A stretch of 64,000 nt of DNA, taken from contig JAJBSV010000007.1 in assembly GCA_020861185.1 (NCBI GenBank), forward strand, positions 52,093 to 116,092. The letters run 5' to 3'. Every line of letters begins with the position of its first letter. The first letter of the stretch is position 1. The DNA is from Ruminococcus sp. (GTDB lineage Bacteria; Bacillota; Clostridia; Oscillospirales; Ruminococcaceae). The translations under genes were made by a program, and so were the position numbers. Below are positions 28,307-38,469 of this stretch, piece by piece. The notes under the pieces are model-generated. The model saw only the letters and a list, made by a program, of their open reading frames with translations. It was not told the origin of the DNA and ran no database searches.

Positions 28307-30784
28307 TTACCACCACCGGCTTGGCAATTCCGCCTCGATAATCCTTGTCTTCGGATAGGGCGTGAACTGGACATAATTGCCCGTCAGTTCGTCATACTTG
28401 AGTGCCGAGTTCTTGGCGGCGTCGTGGAGATACACCTCCGAAATCACTTCGCCGCTTGCATCCGTCAGGGTGACTGTTTCGAGCTCGCTCAGGTTAAAGC
28501 TGAGCTGAACCAGCCCCACGGCGTCGTCACGAAGGTAATTCTCGCAGACGAGCTTGAGCTCCTCGCCGGAAGCGAGGGTGCCGGAGGTGATGGTATAGGC
28601 ATAGATGCCGTCGGAAACGGTGAGACCTGAAAGGCTGACAGTCTCCTCGCCGTAATTCTTGATAGTTATGTAGTCCTGATAACTGCCCTTATAGCAGACC
28701 TCGGAGATTTTCAAGCCTGCGGTGTCACAGCTCGTAACGAGACTGATTTTTATATTGTTTCCGTAAAGCTCGCCCGAAATCTCGACCGTCTCGTCATAGA
28801 CCTTCTCGCCGTTGATTTCCCAGTATTCGAACTTATAGCCGTCGACAACTTCGCAACTGAGCGTCTGTGACGTTCCGTCGAAGTAGTAGCCGCTGAAGGT
28901 GTACTCATCGCCCACGTCTATCCGAGCTGTATTATAAGTGATTTCGGCATAATCAGAAGTCGTGATTCGGACGTAATAGGTTGATTTACTGTCGTATTCC
29001 GGGAAGATTGCGGCAATCTGCGTCTTGGCAGAGTAGGGTCTGCCCTCAATCCACTCTTTCGCATTCGCAAGCTCGCTCGAAATGCTCCATGTCGAGGTCG
29101 TCCCCGCCTCGCCCGCTTCAACAATCTCGTGAAGCCGCTCGGTGTTGAGTTCGTCCAGCTTGTCGGAAACCTTGTCCGCACTGCAATACCAGTTCATGAT
29201 GTCGCAAAGGATGTTGACGAATTTCTCTTTGATATCGTCTCTCTTACAAAGTGATATGAGAAGGTCGCTTCGGGTATATTTCTCGCCTTCGTCGTGGACG
29301 TCGTCATACCAGTCCTCGGGTATCAATCCGAAATACTCCTCGTCGAACAGGTCTTTTATGTTGTACTCAAAGAAGCTCGAGCCGTAGAGCCCAAGGGCAA
29401 AATCGCTGTCATAGATGAGGAACCGCCATCTGCCGTCGAAGACGTCTTCTTCGCTTGAAAGCGAAGTGTCCCCCGAGACAAATCTGTATACCTTGTAGTT
29501 ATTATTTGGCCAGTCGCCGTTGCCGACATAGGCGCACAGGGCGTAGTAGGTCAGCATGTTGTCAATATCCAGCAGTTCCTCGAGCTCGGCGAAAGTCTCG
29601 TCGTCGGTGAGGTCCTTATAGGCGTAAGCCTGAACCGTTTCCCAGTCGCTTTTCGCTTTTTCAAAGCGGTCGTCGTTGTTGCCGCTTGTCATCATATACT
29701 CACAGCCCTCAAGGATGTCCCATGTCCCCTGCTCGACTGCATACTGGTGGTCAAGCCAGTCCTCGGAATAGGTGTCCTGAACCCACGCAAAGCCGTAATA
29801 TTCGCCGTTTAAGAAGACCGCCGCCGCACGGCAGTTCTTGGCGTCAAGTCCGGCATCGTCGGCAAGCGAGGATATAACCTCGTCGCGCTCGAAGAGATAG
29901 CCGTTGTCGTTGCCGCCGGCACGGAGGGAAATCTTGTTATAAGACTTTATCTTGTCTCCGTTGACGTCCGTCTCGTCGGTGAAGAATTCATATCTGAACC
30001 GGTCGTTTTCGGAATCATATTCCTCCCGGGCATATAATCTTATATTTTTCTGACTGTTCGAACGGCTCCAGCCGCCGTAGATTCTCAGTCCGCAAGCCTG
30101 CGAGATGACGCAGGTGCCGTCGTATTCATACACCTCGACATAGGTGGGGCGTTCGCCCTCCATTCCGCTCTGGTTCCAGTTGGCGGGGTCGGTCGGCTCG
30201 ATGTCGCCCTCGGGGTCGGTGGCGAGGTAGTCGTCGCGCATCTTTCCGGCGATGAAAATTCCGTCCTCATAATTATAGAGGTAATCGGGGTCGATTGAAA
30301 TCGAGAAAACGAGGCAGTCAAACCGTTCGTCGATGTTCGCGCCGAGGAAATAGCTCCGGGTGACGGTGTCCGAACAGCTCCCGTCCGAATAGACGGCACA
30401 GGCTCGGACTGTATAAAGAATGCACTCCTCGCTGTCCTTGACCGAAAGTGTGATGCCGCCCGAATAGCTCTCGCCCGAGGTCTGCGGCTCACTTCCGTCA
30501 GTAGTATACAAAATATCTGTGACCTCGAGGTCTCCTGAAGCCGAAGAGCTTAAGTAAAGCCTCTGAGTGCTTGAATAGAATCCGCAGTCAATCGAAAACC
30601 GCACCGGCTCTTGGTCTGTAGATCCGACCGAATCGGAAACGAGCGACGACACGGTAATCTCCGAAGCATGGAAGCTCACCCAGTCCTGCGCCAAGCATGT
30701 CACAAAAATGAGCACGGCAAGCAAGACCGCCACGACAGCAGTCAACAGCAATTTATATTTAATTTTGCCTTTTTGTTCGTTCAT
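28307..30784 (-). CDS. CotH-kinase-family protein with N-terminal TM anchor and C-terminal lamin-tail-like domain
   Basis: CotH-like segments (NIRLYAREEY..FRYEFF, GNGDWPNNNYKVYR) and a C-terminal LKISEV..ITIKNYGEETVSLSGLTVSD. The ATG at 30784 has a GGGAG RBS. Confidence 0.6.
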   Translation of the reverse strand: MNEQKGKIKYKLLLTAVVAVLLAVLIFVTCLAQDWVSFHASEITVSSLVSDSVGSTDQEPVRFSIDCGFYSSTQRLYLSSSASGDLEVTDILYTTDGSEPQTSGESYSGGITLSVKDSEECILYTVRACAVYSDGSCSDTVTRSYFLGANIDERFDCLVFSISIDPDYLYNYEDGIFIAGKMRDDYLATDPEGDIEPTDPANWNQSGMEGERPTYVEVYEYDGTCVISQACGLRIYGGWSRSNSQKNIRLYAREEYDSENDRFRYEFFTDETDVNGDKIKSYNKISLRAGGNDNGYLFERDEVISSLADDAGLDAKNCRAAAVFLNGEYYGFAWVQDTYSEDWLDHQYAVEQGTWDILEGCEYMMTSGNNDDRFEKAKSDWETVQAYAYKDLTDDETFAELEELLDIDNMLTYYALCAYVGNGDWPNNNYKVYRFVSGDTSLSSEEDVFDGRWRFLIYDSDFALGLYGSSFFEYNIKDLFDEEYFGLIPEDWYDDVHDEGEKYTRSDLLISLCKRDDIKEKFVNILCDIMNWYCSADKVSDKLDELNTERLHEIVEAGEAGTTSTWSISSELANAKEWIEGRPYSAKTQIAAIFPEYDSKSTYYVRITTSDYAEITYNTARIDVGDEYTFSGYYFDGTSQTLSCEVVDGYKFEYWEINGEKVYDETVEISGELYGNNIKISLVTSCDTAGLKISEVCYKGSYQDYITIKNYGEETVSLSGLTVSDGIYAYTITSGTLASGEELKLVCENYLRDDAVGLVQLSFNLSELETVTLTDASGEVISEVYLHDAAKNSALKYDELTGNYVQFTPYPKTRIIEAELPSRWW

Positions 30785-30874
30785 GTTAAGCTCCCGACAA
30801 AATCGCATTAAATCAAAAATCCGCTATCTTATATGATAGCAGATTTTGTGTGAAAAGTAAAGTATGAGTTTCCC

Positions 30875-30904
30875 TTGACACACTGGGGAAACATATGATA
30901 TAAT
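30875..30904 (+). promoter_or_regulatory. sense promoter of cassette 3
   Basis: TTGACA (30875) - 18 nt - TGaTATAAT (TATAAT at 30899). Confidence 0.6.
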
Positions 30905-30967
30905 GCTCGTAGCAAATGCGGGGACACGCGGGCGCACTCCAGTCTGAAAGGAAGGGAGTGATAGCAT

Positions 30968-31090
30968 ATGAGTATTACGGAAGTTCTTTTGCTTCTTGAC
31001 ATACTTCTGTCGGCTGTTTCCCACAGATGCGTAGCATCTATGTTATCAACTCGGTTCCCACCGAAAGAAATAACCGCATCTTGTAGTTAG
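30968..31090 (+). CDS. 40-aa divergent small ORF of cassette 3 (possibly a frame-shifted toxin remnant)
   Basis: MSITEVLLLLDILLSAVSHRCVASMLSTRFPPKEITASCS. The family-type C-terminus (..LGSHRKK-stop) is present only in the +1 frame. Confidence 0.4.
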   Translation: MSITEVLLLLDILLSAVSHRCVASMLSTRFPPKEITASCS

Positions 31091-31181
31091 CAAAGATAGC
31101 GGCTCTTCTCACATACTTAGTTATCACGGAGACGCTTGTTTATCTGAACTGACACTTCGGATGAAACTGTCCCCGTTTGCT
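31055..31181 (-). ncRNA. predicted antisense RNA of cassette 3 (ends approximate)
   Basis: Lies downstream of the minus-strand consensus promoter. Extent inferred by analogy with copies 1, 2 and 4. Confidence 0.25.
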
Positions 31182-31187
31182 ACCAAT

Positions 31188-31216
31188 ATTATAACTCCTC
31201 GCTGTTGATTTGTCAA
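31188..31216 (-). promoter_or_regulatory. antisense promoter of cassette 3
   Basis: Minus strand: TTGACA (31216..31211) - 17 nt - TATAAT (31193..31188). Confidence 0.65.
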
Positions 31217-31224
31217 CAGCTTTT

Positions 31225-32475
31225 TTATTTGACGCTGAACGTCTCCGATACATCAGACAGCACAATATCATCATCTGTGCAAACAATCGTGAATCCGTCG
31301 TAATAGACCGAATAGATTCCGTCTGCGGCGAGGGCTTCAAGCTTTGATTCGTCGAGGGTGTCGGCGATATAGGTGTCTGTCAGCCCGAGCAGCAGGTCGG
31401 CGCAGGTCGCTGAATCGGAATAGAGCACCAGGTCCTCGGTTGCGGCTTTGCAGAGACCGTCGGTGGGATCGATATAGGGGTTTCTCGTTTCGCCGTCCTC
31501 ATAGGTATAGTAGCGCAAAGCGTCGTCCGAGGTGATTGCATAGTCATGTGCGTAAACAAAGCTCATCGCACCTTCATAAATCATATCGGCGACCGAATAA
31601 ACGGTGTCGCCCTCCCTCGAATAGAGAGTATAGGAAAACAGCTCGTCGCAACCGCCAAGGTTTCTGGTGAAGCCGTCGGCAGAGCCGATTATTCCGGCGG
31701 TATAGCCGTTTTCAATCATCACATCCGAAATATAGTCGACAACAAACGCGTTCGTCATCCACGAAAAGTCGATGAAGCTGTCGATTCCCATCTCTTCGGC
31801 ATACTTAAGATACTCGTCCGAAACGTTCAATATAACCGTGTTGTCCTCAAGAAACTCCAAAGCTACATGCTCGTCCGTGCCGACGAACCCGAGAACCTCG
31901 GCGAAATACTCCGCCTCGACGTCGTTATAAAGCGGGTCGAATTCCTTCGCCTGCCAGTCTTCATCCGAGAAGAAAAGGCTCTCGTATTCCGAATAAATCG
32001 GTCCGAGATAAATCTCACGTCCGCCACTCTCAACCATCGTCTCAAGTGCCGAATAGAGCACCTCGTCGACCACTATTTCCTCATTCGGGTGGTTGTTTAT
32101 ATACCAGACGTTAAAGACATATTCATATTCCGTGTCGGGCGTGAAGAGCTGATAAGCCGTTTCGCAGGCATCCGAATAGATGACGACTATCGCCTTGCGC
32201 TCGGTAGTCGCAGATTCACTTCCAGCGCCGATGTCGTACATAAACGTGAGCTCCGTCGCGACGCTCAGGTCGTCGACGTCCGCCTCTATCTCCTGCCAGC
32301 CGTCCGTGCCGGAAAAAAGCTCGTTGATGGCATAGCCAAACGCCGTTGCCGCAATCAGCACCAGGAGTACAACCGCGACAATCCGAAGACCGATATGCGA
32401 GGTCGAAATCTCGACGTTCTCGACCGGCTTAGGGCTCAAGTTACTTGTATGAATTCGTGACCTTGTAGATTTCAT
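31225..32475 (-). CDS. hypothetical membrane-anchored protein (416 aa)
   Basis: N-terminal TM segment (LRIVAVVLLVLIAATAF) and an acidic ectodomain. I recognise no family. Confidence 0.5.
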   Translation of the reverse strand: MKSTRSRIHTSNLSPKPVENVEISTSHIGLRIVAVVLLVLIAATAFGYAINELFSGTDGWQEIEADVDDLSVATELTFMYDIGAGSESATTERKAIVVIYSDACETAYQLFTPDTEYEYVFNVWYINNHPNEEIVVDEVLYSALETMVESGGREIYLGPIYSEYESLFFSDEDWQAKEFDPLYNDVEAEYFAEVLGFVGTDEHVALEFLEDNTVILNVSDEYLKYAEEMGIDSFIDFSWMTNAFVVDYISDVMIENGYTAGIIGSADGFTRNLGGCDELFSYTLYSREGDTVYSVADMIYEGAMSFVYAHDYAITSDDALRYYTYEDGETRNPYIDPTDGLCKAATEDLVLYSDSATCADLLLGLTDTYIADTLDESKLEALAADGIYSVYYDGFTIVCTDDDIVLSDVSETFSVK

Positions 32476-32568
32476 ATTATCTCACCAAAAACAATCCAAC
32501 CCGTCCGAATATTCCGGACGGGTCGGACTTACTACTAAGCGTTATTTGCGGTTCTGTCTTAAAAGTTA

Positions 32569-33879
32569 TCAGATTACGGCTAACAGAAGCATCAGCAGGA
32601 ACAGAACAATGATAATTCCGATTACCACAAATCCTGCAATGGCTCCCTTGCAGCACATCTTCCAGTTGCGGAAGTGCCTGTTCGCCTTGAATATCTGTCC
32701 GAGGATTATACCCAAGATAGGAAGCAGGAAGGAAAGAACTGCATACCACTTTGAGCCAGTGTCGTGGATAGGAGCGTTGAGGAACTGCTCCTCGGCAGCC
32801 TTCTCGGTTGCGTCAATCTCTTCGACTGTGGGCTCATAGGTCTCGCCCTCTTCAAGGATGGTGACCGACTTGATAATCTCGTTCTTCTCACGAAGTGCCT
32901 TGTACTCCTCGATTTCCTTCTTGTTGCCATAGACAAAGTGATTGTGACCGATGTCTGTGAGTACCGGCTTGTCCTCGCTGTAGTCATGGATAGACGGGTC
33001 GTAGGTATAGAGCACCTTGTTCTTCTCAAGCTTCGGGTCGGGAATCGGGATAGCCGAAATGAGCGAGTGAGTGTAGGGATGAAGTGGGAAGCTAAAGAGC
33101 TCCTCGGCGTCCGCAATCTCAACGATGTCGCCCTTATAGATAACACCGATTCTGTCGGAAATGAATCTTACGATTGAAAGGTCGTGGGCGATGAAGAGGT
33201 ATGTAACACCGTCTTCCGCCTGGAACTTCTTCATGAGGTTCAGAACCTGCGCTCTGATGGAGACGTCGAGAGCCGAGATAGGCTCGTCGGCAACAACCAG
33301 CTCAGGCTTCATAACCATCGCTCTTGCAAGACCGATTCTCTGTCTCTGACCGCCGGAGAACTCGTGCGGATATCTTGTCAGATGCTCCGGCAGAAGTCCT
33401 ACTTCCTTGATGATGTCCTCGACCTTCTTGACTCTGTCCGCCTCGTTTTCATAGAGGTGGAAGTTGTAAAGTCCTTCGGATACGATATAGTCAACCGTTG
33501 CTCTCTCGTTAAGAGATGCCGCCGGATCCTGGAATACCATCTGGATGTTTCTTATGACCTCACGGTCGAGGGAATGCGGAATCTTTCCGGAAATTCTTAC
33601 GCCCTTATAGAGGATTTCGCCTGCCGCGCAGGGATTTACTCTGATAACAGCACGACCGATTGTTGTTTTACCTGAGCCCGACTCACCAACGAGCGAGAAG
33701 GTCTCGCCCTTATAGATGTCGAAGCTTGCGTTCTTGACAGCTTTTACGGCGTTGTCGCCCTTGCCGAAGGTAATATCGACGTTCTTGAGCGAGAGAAGCA
33801 CTTCTTTTCCGTTTTCGTCAATCGGACCATGCTCCGGGAAATGCGACTGCGTTGCAGTCTTTTTGTTTTCTTTTGCCAC
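32569..33879 (-). CDS. oppF: oligopeptide-type ABC ATP-binding protein (OppF-like) with C-terminal two-TM extension
   Basis: [34 protein letters not shown]. An extra ~100 aa tail ends in two hydrophobic helices. Confidence 0.85.
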   Translation of the reverse strand: MAKENKKTATQSHFPEHGPIDENGKEVLLSLKNVDITFGKGDNAVKAVKNASFDIYKGETFSLVGESGSGKTTIGRAVIRVNPCAAGEILYKGVRISGKIPHSLDREVIRNIQMVFQDPAASLNERATVDYIVSEGLYNFHLYENEADRVKKVEDIIKEVGLLPEHLTRYPHEFSGGQRQRIGLARAMVMKPELVVADEPISALDVSIRAQVLNLMKKFQAEDGVTYLFIAHDLSIVRFISDRIGVIYKGDIVEIADAEELFSFPLHPYTHSLISAIPIPDPKLEKNKVLYTYDPSIHDYSEDKPVLTDIGHNHFVYGNKKEIEEYKALREKNEIIKSVTILEEGETYEPTVEEIDATEKAAEEQFLNAPIHDTGSKWYAVLSFLLPILGIILGQIFKANRHFRNWKMCCKGAIAGFVVIGIIIVLFLLMLLLAVI

Positions 33880-33891
33880 GTCAAAACCCCC

Positions 33892-35646
33892 TTATATGTT
33901 GAACGCTCTGATGAGCTTGCCGTGAATATCGTCGATAGCTTCAGGCTTTTCAACCTTCGGCGCATCGGGATCCAAGAGCCACGTCTTTGCATAATGAGTG
34001 TCGCTGACCTTGAACATCGGCGGCTCCTCAAGGGTGTCTATCTTAAGGCAATAGGGATTTCTCGGCGCAAACGCATCTCCGACAACCTCGTTATAAAGCG
34101 ACGGAGGCGTACCGGTGATTGAATAGAGCTTTGTATTTCTCTGTGTGAGCTGAGGGAGACTCGAAAGAAGTGCCCATGTGTAGGGATGCTTCGGGTCGTA
34201 GAATACTTCCTCAACCTTGCCGAGCTCTATAATCTGTCCGGCATAGAGTACTGCGACTCTGTCGGCTATGTTCGCAACAACTCCGAGGTCATGGGTGATG
34301 AATACGATTGTATAGTGGAACTCTTTCTGGAGATCCTTAAGAAGCTTCAGAATCTGAGCCTGAATCGTAACGTCAAGAGCGGTAGTAGGCTCGTCGCAGA
34401 TAAGAATCTTCGGCTGGCAGGAGAGGGCAATCGCGATAACGATTCTCTGTCTCATACCTCCGGAATACTGGAAGGGGTAGTCGTCGAATCTCTTCTCGGG
34501 GTTCGGAATACCGACCTTATGCATAAGCTCAAGGGCTTTTCTTCTTGCGTCAACCTCACTGCATCCCTGATGCTTGATGATGATTGATGTAATCTGCTTG
34601 CCGATGGTTATAATCGGGTTAAGAGAGGTCATCGGGTCCTGGAAGACGGTCGCGATTCTCTTACCACGAATCTGTGCCCAGTCCTGACTGAACTTGACGT
34701 TTGCAAGGTTCAGAACGCAGGTGCCGTGCAAAGCTTCCTCGGTCTCGTCGAGATACTGAACTCTGAACGCAACCGTATCGAAAACAGAGTTTCTCTGCTT
34801 GTCGTCGTTAAGGTCAACGCCGAGCTGCATAGCCTTCTTAAGGGCTTTGAGGAGCTTATTCAGGAGCGAATAGCGGTCCTTCATGCCGTATCTGCCGATT
34901 GAAAGGCAGATTTCCTTTGCAAGAACGGTGTTGCGCTCTCTTGTTTCGTCGGAGATTTCGCCGGAGATTTCCTGCTGATACTTCGACTTGAGAGCCGCCA
35001 TCTTCTCGTTATAGGTTGCGAGATAAGCAGTGTCGGCTTTGAGAGCCTTCTTGTGCTCAGCCTCGATAGACTTTGCATTCGCTCTCAAGGATTTGAGCTC
35101 TGCGTCGTATTCGTCAATCTTTGCGGAAAGCTCCTTGATCTGAGCCTTGTCCTTCTTCGAGTCGAGCGTGAGCTTGAGGTTATAGGCGTCGGTTCTGTCG
35201 GCAATAAGGTCAGCCTCTTTTGCCTTCTCCTTTTCGAGCTCATCCGAGCTCAAGCCCTCGCGCCCCTTCTTCTCGGATTCGAGATTAAGGATTTCCTTAT
35301 AGGTTTCAGCTCCCAATTCGAGCTTTGAATATTCGTCGAGCTTCTTCTTTGCGCTTGCTTCGATTCTCTTGATGTTCTTCGAAAGAGCAACGTGGGTGTC
35401 TGAAAGCTCGGGGTCGTTATAAATGATTTCGCCGCCGCTGATGTAGCCGTTCTGGTCGTTCATACCGGTGAAGCACTTTGTGAAAACAGACTTACCGGAG
35501 CCGGACTCACCGACTATCGCTATTGATTCCTCTTCGTAGATATCGAGGGAAATTCCTCTGATAGCAGTGAGGATACGTCCTCTTACCTTGAACTGGAGAT
35601 GCACATCCTTTGCGGAGAGCAACACTTTCTTCTCATTGTTTTCCAT
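33892..35646 (-). CDS. oppD: oligopeptide-type ABC ATP-binding protein (OppD-like) with ~240-aa coiled-coil insertion
   Basis: Walker A GESGSGKS near residue 47, but the Q-loop VFQDPMTSLNP is near residue 335. YSGGMRQRIVIA, LICDEPTTALD. Confidence 0.85.
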   Translation of the reverse strand: MENNEKKVLLSAKDVHLQFKVRGRILTAIRGISLDIYEEESIAIVGESGSGKSVFTKCFTGMNDQNGYISGGEIIYNDPELSDTHVALSKNIKRIEASAKKKLDEYSKLELGAETYKEILNLESEKKGREGLSSDELEKEKAKEADLIADRTDAYNLKLTLDSKKDKAQIKELSAKIDEYDAELKSLRANAKSIEAEHKKALKADTAYLATYNEKMAALKSKYQQEISGEISDETRERNTVLAKEICLSIGRYGMKDRYSLLNKLLKALKKAMQLGVDLNDDKQRNSVFDTVAFRVQYLDETEEALHGTCVLNLANVKFSQDWAQIRGKRIATVFQDPMTSLNPIITIGKQITSIIIKHQGCSEVDARRKALELMHKVGIPNPEKRFDDYPFQYSGGMRQRIVIAIALSCQPKILICDEPTTALDVTIQAQILKLLKDLQKEFHYTIVFITHDLGVVANIADRVAVLYAGQIIELGKVEEVFYDPKHPYTWALLSSLPQLTQRNTKLYSITGTPPSLYNEVVGDAFAPRNPYCLKIDTLEEPPMFKVSDTHYAKTWLLDPDAPKVEKPEAIDDIHGKLIRAFNI

Positions 35647-35661
35647 GTAGCTACACCCCCA

Positions 35662-36642
35662 TTACATATGTGTTCTCGGGTCGGTAGCGTCACCTAAGTT
35701 CTGACCGACAACGTAAAGAACGATTGTGATGATGGAGACTACGGCAACCGGGCACCAGAACTCGAACTGCCAGCCGGGAGTTACCATTGCGGACTCGGCG
35801 TCGTAAATCATACGACCGAGTGACATGTCCGAAAGACCCATTCCGATGTACGCTAAGAATACTTCGTAGCCGATGTAGGAAGGAATTTCGGTAGCCGCCT
35901 GTGTAACGATGACGGAGGTCATGAACGGCAGGATGTTCTTTATAGCTATCTTGAAGGTGGACGTTCCAAGACACTTGGATGCTAAGTTATACTCACGGTC
36001 TCTTATGATTACAACCTGCGTTCGTATGAAGTAGGCGATTCCGATCCAGCCCGTTATCGTGAGGGCGAATACCATCGTCCAGAACGAAGCCGTGAAAATC
36101 ATTACGAGAACGGAAATGAGCAAAACATAAGGGATGTTACCGATGATGTTGTAGATTGGGATCATGATGGAGTCGAATCTCTTCGAGAAGCCCCAGACAG
36201 CGCCGAGTACAACACCGATGACCATGTTGATTGCGGCGCAGATAAACGCCAGGGAGATGGAGATTCTCGCACCATACCAGATAGCGTCAAAGGTCGACTG
36301 ACCTGAAGCACCGGCACCGAATATCCAGTGGATATTGTAGCCGAACTTCTCCATTGCCGCAGCAGGAGTCAGGTGCTTGGCGGATGCGTCCATGATGTTT
36401 GCGAACTTGTCATAAGTGGTGACTGCCGGATAGACATATGTGAATATGACTATGAAGGCGAGCAGTGCAAGGATTACGATATTTATCTTCTTGCGGAAGA
36501 ACACGCGGAAGACCGAGTGCCAGTAGGAATAACGCGGTGCGGTTATTCTTTCTGCCTCTTCTGCATCGTTCTCAACGTGAGCGAAGAGCTCTTCCTTTGA
36601 AAGACCGTATTTTTCAGATATTTCAGCTGTTGTCATATTCAA
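35662..36642 (-). CDS. oppC: oligopeptide ABC permease (OppC-like)
   Basis: 326 aa, BPD-transporter-like inner membrane component. Confidence 0.85.
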   Translation of the reverse strand: MNMTTAEISEKYGLSKEELFAHVENDAEEAERITAPRYSYWHSVFRVFFRKKINIVILALLAFIVIFTYVYPAVTTYDKFANIMDASAKHLTPAAAMEKFGYNIHWIFGAGASGQSTFDAIWYGARISISLAFICAAINMVIGVVLGAVWGFSKRFDSIMIPIYNIIGNIPYVLLISVLVMIFTASFWTMVFALTITGWIGIAYFIRTQVVIIRDREYNLASKCLGTSTFKIAIKNILPFMTSVIVTQAATEIPSYIGYEVFLAYIGMGLSDMSLGRMIYDAESAMVTPGWQFEFWCPVAVVSIITIVLYVVGQNLGDATDPRTHM

Positions 36643-38223
36643 TCACCGCGCTTTCGAAGTAAAGTTGATTCTCGGGTCGACAGCGCTCATAAGGAGGTCG
36701 CCGGCGATGAGCGAGACAACGGACAGCACTGCATAGAAGAGCGTTACACCGACGATAACCGAGTTATCGTAAGCGTTGATAGCTCTCGTGAGCAAGTTAC
36801 CGGTACCGGGAACCGAGTATACACGCTCGGTGATGATGGCGCCCGTAAGAGCTCCCAGAATGCTTCCGGGAATACCGTGTACAATCGGGATAACCGCATT
36901 CTTAAGGATGTGGTTTCTGAAGATTTCGCCTTCCGAAAGACCGCCTGCGCGTGCAAACTTGACGTAGTCGGAATTCATCTGGTCGATCATATATCTACGC
37001 AACCACTTCATCAGGCTTGCAACCGAAGGCAAAGCCAGTGAAACGATAGGCAGTATATACATCGCCGGGACTTCCGTGTCGATAATAAACGTCGTCGGGA
37101 AGCCGAGGTTTCCGCCTATTGCCTTGAACAGGAAGATATATGCAAGCGAAGGAACCGCAATCATGAAGATTATGTAAAGAGTTCCGAGCTTGTCAAGGAA
37201 TCCGTCCTTGTGCTGTGCCATGAGGATTCCGAGAGGAATACCCAGAACATAAGCCATAATTGTCGAAAGGATACCGATAATGAACGAATAGCCGATTCTC
37301 GAACGTCCTGTCTTGTAGGTGGTCGTGTTGGTGTAGTTGTCGGTGTATCTCTCAGAGTAGACGATGTTACTCTCAAGGCTTCCCGAAACGTACTTCGCCG
37401 TATGAAGGTTATCGGCGCTCTGTTCCGTCAAGCCTGTCGGGTATGTAACCTCTCTCTTCGAGTAGCTACCTTGCTTGTCTGACATGGTATTGGTGATATC
37501 AATACCCTGATTAACTGTGTATGAAACTCCCAGGTTTATCGTCACAAAGTTCTGATGGATAAACGGGAACTGATCGTCAAAGTATAATAGGTACTTATGG
37601 GTTGTGCCGTTGCCGATGATTGCTGGCGAGAAGGTGTCTCCGCCGTAAACAGGGTCATACCATGTGAACGTAAGACCTCTTTCTCCGACGTCGTCGGTAA
37701 CTGCGTTGATGTTGTCGAATGTTAAGATGCTTGTAAGATACGTCCAGAGTCGTGAGATGACGGGTATATTCTTATAAGCAAAGAGCTGTTGGTTACCACC
37801 GGTCGCAACCTTGGTGTTGGTCATCATAACAGCGTCCAACCTTATAACAGTATAGCCCTGACTCTGATAGTATTCAGTGAACTTCTGAACATATTCCGCG
37901 ACTTCTTCCGAGTCGTTTTCCGATTTTCTGGCGATCGAAGTGACTGTCGACTTGGTGTCCTCGTCAATCTCGCCGTTTGCTACCAATTCGTTCAGATAGT
38001 CGTTGTAGGTTACATAGTCAAGGTAACCATACTCCTCCCACTTCTGATACTGGTAGATGGTTTTGTTATTGTTGCTCTGTTTCGAGTAAACAGTATCCTG
38101 TGCGAATATCAACGTCCTGTCCATGAGAGAATATATCAGGATCATGACGATTGCTATAACTGCAACGATAGAGAGCAAACCTGTCAATATTCTTTCTATT
38201 AGATATTTTGCCACTTTGTCCAC
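36643..38223 (-). CDS. oppB: oligopeptide ABC permease (OppB-like) with enlarged extracytoplasmic loop
   Basis: 526 aa. A ~250-aa hydrophilic insertion follows TM1. The start codon is uncertain (two GTG candidates). Confidence 0.8.
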   Translation of the reverse strand: MDKVAKYLIERILTGLLSIVAVIAIVMILIYSLMDRTLIFAQDTVYSKQSNNNKTIYQYQKWEEYGYLDYVTYNDYLNELVANGEIDEDTKSTVTSIARKSENDSEEVAEYVQKFTEYYQSQGYTVIRLDAVMMTNTKVATGGNQQLFAYKNIPVISRLWTYLTSILTFDNINAVTDDVGERGLTFTWYDPVYGGDTFSPAIIGNGTTHKYLLYFDDQFPFIHQNFVTINLGVSYTVNQGIDITNTMSDKQGSYSKREVTYPTGLTEQSADNLHTAKYVSGSLESNIVYSERYTDNYTNTTTYKTGRSRIGYSFIIGILSTIMAYVLGIPLGILMAQHKDGFLDKLGTLYIIFMIAVPSLAYIFLFKAIGGNLGFPTTFIIDTEVPAMYILPIVSLALPSVASLMKWLRRYMIDQMNSDYVKFARAGGLSEGEIFRNHILKNAVIPIVHGIPGSILGALTGAIITERVYSVPGTGNLLTRAINAYDNSVIVGVTLFYAVLSVVSLIAGDLLMSAVDPRINFTSKAR

Positions 38224-38469
38224 CGTTCCTTACGCGGGGAAACAACCGCCGCCATTCCCCATTGTTGTTTTAGTCGTTAGGTTCTCCTGCGGAAAATCCG
38301 ACACTTAAGTCGTCGGATTCCCCAAAAATGTTGATTCCTCTTTAAAGCCTTGAAGCAATCTTTAACAGAGAGCCCCCAAAAGCCTTGACTCTTGGGGGCA
38401 GATACTCTGATTAAGATTTAAAGCTTTGCTATTCAGATTAAATTGATCTGATTCGGAGCAGGTTCTAAA

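Larger units (their letters stand above)
30875..31230 (+). repeat. type I toxin-antitoxin-like cassette, copy 3 (divergent)
   Basis: Same promoters, SD, 5'-3' pairing and terminator as the other copies. The ORF 3' half and the 3' UTR have diverged. Confidence 0.7.
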
